A stretch of 22,843 nt of DNA from an uncultured Opitutales bacterium. Its GTDB lineage: Bacteria > Verrucomicrobiota > Verrucomicrobiia > Opitutales > Intestinicryptomonadaceae. The DNA is taken from positions 1 through 22,843 of the forward strand of contig CAKTSY010000007.1 in assembly GCA_934613415.1 (NCBI GenBank). Direction: 5' to 3'. Shown here one piece after another: positions 17,160 to 22,843 of the stretch. The notes beneath the pieces were generated by a model that worked only from the letters and a program-made list of their open reading frames with translations, searched no databases and was not told the origin of the DNA. The position numbers and the translations under genes are program-made. Every line of letters begins with the position of its first letter. The first letter of the stretch is position 1.

Positions 17160-18830
17160 ATGAGCGTTGTAAGCGAAGGTAAATTTTTAGACACAAATTT
17201 CGCGGAATTTTGCACTTTGCCCGAACTGGACTACAGTTTGGCATATGCGGCACTTGTTGGCTTAAGCAAAGATACCTCTAGGGATTTTTGCTACGACTAT
17301 TCTATGAATAAGTCGATGAACAGAGGCGTTGTTTTGGCGGCGGCTTTAGAGCTTAAAAAATATTTCGACAAAAACTTTGCGGACGAAAAGCGCATAGGCA
17401 TTGCGCTGCCTTCGGGCATTCCCGGTTTGCTGGTAAATTTGGCGGCGCAAATGGCGGGCAAATCCTGTGTTAACCTTAACTTTACGCTTGGCCGCGCGGC
17501 GGCAGCCCACTGCGTTAAAACGGCAGAACTAAAAAGCGTTGTAAGCGCGCAAAAATTAAGAAAAAAGCTGGAGGAAAAGGGCATAGATTTCCCATGGCCC
17601 GAAAAGTTTATAGACATAGCCGAAGTTTTAAAAAATATGTCGAAAATTTCGGTTCTTAAGAATTTGGCGTTGGTAAAAACGCTTTCGGCATCAGCTTTGG
17701 CAAGCATTTTCGGCATAGAAAAATTCGGCGGCAAAAGGGAAGCCTCGATAATCTTTACAAGCGGTAGCGAAGGTATGCCCAAGGCGGCGGTGCTTACCCA
17801 CCGCAACATTGTGGGCAACTGCATTCAAATGCACTATTGTGGCGAGGTTTTCCCCGACGACGTTCTGCACGCAAACCTGCCGCTTTTCCACAGCTTTGGG
17901 CAGTCTATTCAGCTTTGGTTTGCGCTAATGTACGGCGTAAAAAGCACAATGGTTGCAAGCCCGCTAGAAGTAAGGCAAAACTTCGACGCAATGCGCCGAA
18001 ACAAGTCTACAATAATGATTTCCACCCCCACATTTTTGCGCGCCTACTTGCGAAAGGGCAACCCCGAAGACGCAAAAAGCCTAAAATATGTTATTGCAGG
18101 GGCAGAAAAAACCCCCGAAGGCCTGTGCGCGTTGTGGAATGCACGTTTCCCCAACAGCTGCTATATGGAAGGCTACGGGCTAACCGAGGCATCGCCCGTT
18201 GTTTGCGTAAACCACCGCAAAATTGCAACAAGAAACAAGTTTAGAGACTACCCGAGCGACTGTAAAGTTGGGTCTATAGGTCCGCTTTTCCCGGGAATGA
18301 AGGCGGGTATTTTGGATATGGACACAAAGGAATTTTTGCCCATAGGCCAAACGGGTATGCTTTGCCTTAAAGGCCCGAATATCTTTGGCGGTTACAAAGG
18401 ATTGCCCGAATTGAACTCCGAAAAGTTTTTCGACGGCTGGCTAATTACGGGCGATTTGGCCTCTATAGACGAAGACGGCTACATATTCATAAAAGGCAGG
18501 CTTTCGAGATTTTCGAAAATAGGCGGCGAAATGGTGCCACACACAACCATAGAAGAGGCAATTGTTAAAGCCTATAACAAGCAAGATAGCGAAACTCTTT
18601 GCTTTGCGGTGGCCGCATGCGAAGACAGCGCAAAGGGCGAAAGCATTGTTTTGCTTACGACCATAGATATCGACAAAAGCGAGCTTCGCGCAAAACTTTC
18701 GGCTTTGGGCTTCCCGAACTTGTGGCTTCCGCGCCATATCGTTAAGGTCGACGCCATTCCCGTTTTGCCCACAGGCAAGATGGACTTAAAAAGCGTAAGG
18801 GAAATTGCAAAGGGAGCGGCCGCTCTTTAA
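17160..18830 (+). CDS. Adenylate-forming acyl-[ACP] synthetase / fatty-acid ligase, similar to the Aas C-terminal domain, stand-alone.
   Basis: 556 aa. The AMP-binding motif is IIFTSGSEGMPKAAVLTH. Strings shared with E. coli Aas as I recall it are LPLFHSFG, YVIAGAEK, EGYGLTEASPVV, LKGPNIFGGY, TGDLASIDEDGYIFIKGR and RFSKIGGEMV. No N-terminal acyltransferase domain is present. Confidence 0.8.
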   Translation: MSVVSEGKFLDTNFAEFCTLPELDYSLAYAALVGLSKDTSRDFCYDYSMNKSMNRGVVLAAALELKKYFDKNFADEKRIGIALPSGIPGLLVNLAAQMAGKSCVNLNFTLGRAAAAHCVKTAELKSVVSAQKLRKKLEEKGIDFPWPEKFIDIAEVLKNMSKISVLKNLALVKTLSASALASIFGIEKFGGKREASIIFTSGSEGMPKAAVLTHRNIVGNCIQMHYCGEVFPDDVLHANLPLFHSFGQSIQLWFALMYGVKSTMVASPLEVRQNFDAMRRNKSTIMISTPTFLRAYLRKGNPEDAKSLKYVIAGAEKTPEGLCALWNARFPNSCYMEGYGLTEASPVVCVNHRKIATRNKFRDYPSDCKVGSIGPLFPGMKAGILDMDTKEFLPIGQTGMLCLKGPNIFGGYKGLPELNSEKFFDGWLITGDLASIDEDGYIFIKGRLSRFSKIGGEMVPHTTIEEAIVKAYNKQDSETLCFAVAACEDSAKGESIVLLTTIDIDKSELRAKLSALGFPNLWLPRHIVKVDAIPVLPTGKMDLKSVREIAKGAAAL

Positions 18831-18843
18831 GGAGTTTTTTAAA

Positions 18844-19920
18844 ATGCAGGGGGCAATCCCGAATAGGTCGTACATAGAAATCAACCTAAAAAACCTTGAA
18901 TCGAACGTAAGGAAAATTAAGGCTTCGCTGCCGAGCGATTGCGCTTATGTGTGCATTGTTAAGGCCGACGCCTACGGGCACTGTATGCCCCAAAGTCTTA
19001 TGCGCTTTTTAAGCGGCGGTGCCGACTATTTTGCCGTGGCAAACATCTACGAAGCTTCAAGGGTGCGCGAGTTGGTTCTTACAAAGCCCATTTTGGTTTT
19101 AAGCCCTATTTTGGCAAGCGAACGCAGGCTTGTTTTCGACTACGGGGCGTGTCCTGCGGTTTCGAACGAAGCCGAGTGCGACGATTTCGACAAATTGGCA
19201 AAAGAACGCAACACGGTTTTGCCCGTGCATATAAAAATAGATACGGGAATGGGGCGCGTAGGCGTTTGGCATACGCAGGCGGTAGATTTCATAAAAAAGG
19301 TGCAATCCTACAAAAATTTAAAGATTGCGGGCGTTTTTACCCATCTTTCCTGCGCCGATTGCGACGCCGATTACACCGAAAAGCAGTTGGATATTTTTAG
19401 AAAAATTGTCCTGAATTTTCCCGAAAGGAAAGACTGGCTTGTTCATGCCCACGCAAGCGCGGGGCTTGTTTTCTTCAAAAAGGGCGATGTTTTTAACGCC
19501 GTAAGAATGGGTTTGCTTCAATACGGCATTGTGCCCAACCCCGAAATGCAGAAGATGGACGTTTTTCCCGTTATGTCGTTTAAGGCAAGAGTTTCGGCGG
19601 TAGGCGAAAGCAACGGCAAAAAAATTGCCGCAATAAGCGCGGGCTATGCCGACGGCGTTCCCGCTGACTTTACCAAAGACGCCGTTGTTTTGATAGGCGG
19701 CAAAAAATGCCCCGTAATAGGCGAAGTTTCGCTAGACGAAACCTACGCCGATGTTTCGGCTTTGCCCGATGTAAAAAACGGCGACGAAGTTGTTTTTATA
19801 GGCAATCAAGGCAGCGAATCTATAGATTTGCACTCGTACAGTCTTTGGACAAGGCGAATCCCGTGGGAAACAATGGTTTCTATCCCTACAAGAGTTGCCA
19901 GAATTTTAATAACTAAGTGA
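18844..19920 (+). CDS. Alanine racemase family (fold-type III PLP) protein, atypical because of an apparent deletion of the conserved SYG/Tyr segment.
   Basis: 358 aa from ATG 18844, with AGGAG 9 nt upstream that overlaps the preceding TAA. The PLP-lysine motif is IVKADAYGHC. Other matches are KIDTGMGRVG, FTHLSCAD, VRMGLLQYG, SAGYADG and the C-terminal beta domain. The TTG start at 18805 in the ORF track is less likely. Confidence 0.7.
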   Translation: MQGAIPNRSYIEINLKNLESNVRKIKASLPSDCAYVCIVKADAYGHCMPQSLMRFLSGGADYFAVANIYEASRVRELVLTKPILVLSPILASERRLVFDYGACPAVSNEAECDDFDKLAKERNTVLPVHIKIDTGMGRVGVWHTQAVDFIKKVQSYKNLKIAGVFTHLSCADCDADYTEKQLDIFRKIVLNFPERKDWLVHAHASAGLVFFKKGDVFNAVRMGLLQYGIVPNPEMQKMDVFPVMSFKARVSAVGESNGKKIAAISAGYADGVPADFTKDAVVLIGGKKCPVIGEVSLDETYADVSALPDVKNGDEVVFIGNQGSESIDLHSYSLWTRRIPWETMVSIPTRVARILITK

Positions 19921-19963
19921 AACTTTTTTTGCGCTACTGCGTTTAACCTAAAATATCCAACAT

Positions 19964-21046
19964 ATGGCAGACAATTTGCGCAGTGAGATATTATCGTTAA
20001 AAAGTTCGCTTTTCTTTACAAAGATTGTCGAAACGCCCAAGCGCATGGGCAAAAAAGACCTTTTCGGCTATGCCAAAGCTGAGCTTGAAATGTCTGCACC
20101 GCTGCCGATGTCGCAAATTTCGTTTTGCTGCGCAAAAGGCGATGGGTTTTGCGTGATTTTTGCTGCCCTAAGCGAGAAATTGCACGCGGAAGAATCGACG
20201 GCAAATCTCGGCTCGGCTAACAACGCAAAATATATAATTCCCGAAATTGCGCCGCTTATCTATTTTAATTTTAAAGACGGCTGCAATATTGTTGAAACAA
20301 AAAATTCGGTAATTGCGCTTTTGGTGGAAAACTGCGTGATAAAGGCAATTTTGCATAAGGATTTTTCCGCCGAAAATTGCGAAAGCACAAAGAGGGAGTT
20401 TGCCGAAAAATTTGGGGCTAAAAACACATTCGAATATTCGTTTTTAGGCTTCGAAAAAAACAAGGTGGGGGGGGTTAAATGCACTCTTGATGGCAAAAAC
20501 TGCGGAGGGCTTTCGCGCACGTTTTCGGCGGGCGAATTAGAGTGTTGCGACGTGCGCGGCATCGACTATTTTTCCGAAAAAAAGATTTTAAAAATAAAGG
20601 CTTTTGCAGCAAAGGCTCCCGTTTTCGGGATATTTGCGTGTGCCGCATTTTTGGCTGTTTTAACCGCACTTTTTTATGCAAAAAGTTCAAACTACAAAGT
20701 CCTAAAATCGCAGGTCGAGCAAATTGCCCCCGAGGCCGCAAAGTTGGAAAAACTAAGCTCGCAACTTTCGGCAATAAGGGATATCTCGGCAAAAAAACTT
20801 TTCAATGCAATGCTGTTGGCAAAGGCAAATTCGGTGCGCCCCGAAGGCGTTTTGTTTTTGCGAACATTTGCCGCAAGCCCTGCCGAGATTGAAATTTTTG
20901 GAACCGCCGCCAACATTTCGCTTATAAACGACTACGTTCTTGAATTAAAAAAACAGCCCTTTGTTGCCAATGTAGAAAACGAAGTTTCGGCAAAAAACGG
21001 CGCGGCAAAATTTTCGCTTAAAATAAAATTTGCGCAAAAAAAATGA
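19964..21046 (+). CDS. Bitopic inner-membrane protein with GspL-like / PilM-PilN-fusion-like architecture; family not confirmed.
   Basis: 360 aa starting at ATG 19964. A Cys-rich cytoplasmic domain of about 215 aa precedes a single TM helix (APVFGIFACAAFLAVLTALFYA). A coiled-coil stretch follows (KSQVEQIAPEAAKLEKLSSQLSAIRD). A C-terminal alpha/beta domain of about 90 aa ends in 'AKFSLKIKF'. The call rests on architecture and gene neighbourhood only. Confidence 0.4.
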   Translation: MADNLRSEILSLKSSLFFTKIVETPKRMGKKDLFGYAKAELEMSAPLPMSQISFCCAKGDGFCVIFAALSEKLHAEESTANLGSANNAKYIIPEIAPLIYFNFKDGCNIVETKNSVIALLVENCVIKAILHKDFSAENCESTKREFAEKFGAKNTFEYSFLGFEKNKVGGVKCTLDGKNCGGLSRTFSAGELECCDVRGIDYFSEKKILKIKAFAAKAPVFGIFACAAFLAVLTALFYAKSSNYKVLKSQVEQIAPEAAKLEKLSSQLSAIRDISAKKLFNAMLLAKANSVRPEGVLFLRTFAASPAEIEIFGTAANISLINDYVLELKKQPFVANVENEVSAKNGAAKFSLKIKFAQKK

Positions 21047-21573
21047 GGCTGGGCAAAAAAATATTCGACTTTTATTATTCGCGCAAAAAAAGCGAACGCA
21101 TTCTGCTTTTGGCAACGTGCTATGTTGCGCTTCTTTGCTGGGCAATTTGGCTTAAGGGCAAAAATTCTAAACTGAACGAAAATCTGTTTTCAATGCAGGG
21201 CAAGTTCTCGCAAATGCAAACGGTTTTGGGCTTTAAAGAGCAGATTTTAAGCGATCTGAAAAATGCAAAAAATTCTGTAGATTCGCAAAAGACGGTAGGC
21301 GGCAAAACCCTGCAAATTGTAACCGAAAACTGCGCGGTTTCGGCGGGGCTAAGCTACGATATTTCCGACGTTTCTACTTCGCAGTTGGGCGGCTTTAAAA
21401 TATTTACGCTAACGCTGAATATTCCCCGTTGCGGAATGCAGGGCATTGTAGATTTCGAGAAAAACATTTTGGCGCATTCGCCATATGTGTTCATAAATTC
21501 GGCAACAATCAGCTCTACGGCGCGCGGCACAATATCCGCAAAATATCAAATATCTTCTTTTGTTGTTGAGTAG
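21043..21573 (+). CDS. Bitopic protein with GspM/PilO-like architecture; family not confirmed.
   Basis: 176 aa. The ATG overlaps the upstream TGA (ATGA at 21043-21046). A short basic N-tail contains 'SRKKSERILLL', reminiscent of the GspM/PilO N-terminus. One TM helix (LLLATCYVALLCWAIWL) is followed by a coiled coil and a C-terminal alpha/beta domain of about 90 aa. Confidence 0.4.
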   Translation: MRLGKKIFDFYYSRKKSERILLLATCYVALLCWAIWLKGKNSKLNENLFSMQGKFSQMQTVLGFKEQILSDLKNAKNSVDSQKTVGGKTLQIVTENCAVSAGLSYDISDVSTSQLGGFKIFTLTLNIPRCGMQGIVDFEKNILAHSPYVFINSATISSTARGTISAKYQISSFVVE

Positions 21574-21600
21574 AATTTTTCTTCGTAGTAGCGTGTGCTT

Positions 21601-22560
21601 ATGAAGAATTTTTTACACGCAGTTGCTTTGTTTGCCGTTTTGTTCGGCGCTGAATATTTGTTTGCCGAGTATGCCGAATTCCAGCTTTCTGTTGGGGGTG
21701 CAAAAAACAAAGAGGTTTCTTCTGCAAAAGTTTTAACGCTTTGCCCGGATAGTGCAAATTCGCAAAAGGCATTTGCCTTTGTAGAAAGTCTAAATGCCGT
21801 TGCAAAAAGCGGCAACGAAGCCGGATTAAAGGCAATTCTTAAGAATCCAAACGCTGCGGCAAAGGCGGCAAAACTCTTAAAAATGGCAACATTTAAAAAT
21901 GCCAAAATAGAACCAATTTCGGTGTTTTTAGATAAAAACTATTGTTTTGTTTTTTACAAAAGCGCGTCGCCAAAAATGCGCGCAGGCATGAATTTTATTG
22001 CGCTAGACAAAGATTTTAAATGGGATTTGTCAAAAAGCGGCGTTTTGTATACGTCTCTTGCAGGCAGTGTAGATTCCGCAAAAAAATCCGAAATCGTATT
22101 GCCCGAAAAATACGCAAAAACTACACTTGTTTTGTGCGATGCAAACAATTCTCCGCTCGAAAAATCCGACAACGCAATGCTTTTAAAGAATAAATATGTA
22201 GCGTTTTTCGAAGCCGCGCAAAAAGAGTTTCACAGCGGCAATTTTGGCGAGTTTTGCAAGTATTTAAGCGAAAAAAGCCTTAATACATATAACAAGCTAT
22301 ATGGCACAATTTCGAAAGATGAAATGCTTAGTGCAATGGGTTCGTATATGGATATGCGCAAAAAATATATTGCTTTTTGCGATATGGGCACCCTTAAACT
22401 TATAGTGTTTATGCGCTATAACCCGAAAAACCCGTCGCAAAAAGAGGTGCTAGATTTCGGCTTTGTTCGGGAAAAAGACGGCAAACTGCAAATAGAAAAC
22501 TATATGGAAAACGACTTTTATATCGCCGAAATCTTAAAAAGAATTTTTTGTGAAAAGTAA
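21601..22560 (+). CDS. Secreted hypothetical protein of no family I can recognise.
   Basis: 319 aa from ATG 21601; the ORF track starts 2 codons earlier at a GTG. The signal-peptide-like N-terminus is MKNFLHAVALFAVLFGAEYLFA, with no lipobox Cys. Coding-like composition is uninterrupted and a strong terminator follows. Confidence 0.55.
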   Translation: MKNFLHAVALFAVLFGAEYLFAEYAEFQLSVGGAKNKEVSSAKVLTLCPDSANSQKAFAFVESLNAVAKSGNEAGLKAILKNPNAAAKAAKLLKMATFKNAKIEPISVFLDKNYCFVFYKSASPKMRAGMNFIALDKDFKWDLSKSGVLYTSLAGSVDSAKKSEIVLPEKYAKTTLVLCDANNSPLEKSDNAMLLKNKYVAFFEAAQKEFHSGNFGEFCKYLSEKSLNTYNKLYGTISKDEMLSAMGSYMDMRKKYIAFCDMGTLKLIVFMRYNPKNPSQKEVLDFGFVREKDGKLQIENYMENDFYIAEILKRIFCEK

Positions 22561-22585
22561 AAAACGCGTTTAATTTTTTTTCAAA

Positions 22586-22636
22586 AAGCCCGCAACGCTA
22601 GTAAAAATGCCGTGTTGCGGGCTTTTTGTTTTTTTA
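22586..22636 (+). terminator. Rho-independent terminator ending the plus-strand gene run.
   Basis: AGCCCGCAAC (22588-22597) pairs with GTTGCGGGCT (22614-22623), followed by TTTTGTTTTTTT. Confidence 0.85.
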
Positions 22637-22843
22637 TGTATGACATTTCCTTTCTTGCGCTTTCTTGCAAAAATATAGCCGTTTTACGCCCTAAAATTTT
22701 CTTTTTTTGCAATGTTTTGCAAAACAATGCGGGCAAAAACCGGCAATTTTTCAGTAAAACCGCAAAAAAATTGAAAATTTTTTAATATCCGTTTTATTTA
22801 AGATATGGGCTTTGTTTCAAAGAGATACGTTTTTAGGGCTGAA

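Overview
All calls below come from reading the sequence and the ORF track by eye; no database search or structure prediction was run. The window looks like a mostly housekeeping chromosomal segment of a diderm bacterium with about 45% GC. The phylum cannot be assigned from sequence alone. Signal peptides ending in AFAQ or AFSQ, the Bat genes and an Aas-type acyl-ACP synthetase hint weakly at the FCB/PVC/spirochaete range.

Gene order, left to right:
- The tail of a Bat (aerotolerance-type) operon: a BatC-like 3' fragment, batD, and a batE-like TPR/SH3 gene.
- Convergent rho, then sufS.
- A minus-strand run: FAD oxidoreductase, ruvB, a yraN-like gene, tpiA, pgk and gap.
- A translationally coupled minus-strand trio: an FtsB/DivIC-like protein, a GH13 pullulanase/debranching enzyme, and a 707-aa exported protein built from tandem LptA/OstA-like modules.
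- A plus-strand run: Aas-type acyl-ACP synthetase, an alanine-racemase homologue, a GspL-like (PilM-PilN-fusion-like) bitopic protein, a GspM/PilO-like bitopic protein, and a secreted protein of unknown family.

I found no rRNA, tRNA, CRISPR array, transposase, integrase or obvious mobile element. Several rho-independent terminators are clearly visible.

The best candidates for something undescribed are:
1. The orphan GspL/GspM-like pair plus secreted protein at 19964-22560.
2. The covalently concatenated LptA-like 'bridge' protein and its odd operon partners.
3. The alanine-racemase homologue that appears to lack the segment carrying the second catalytic base.
4. A Rho that lacks the N-terminal helix bundle.
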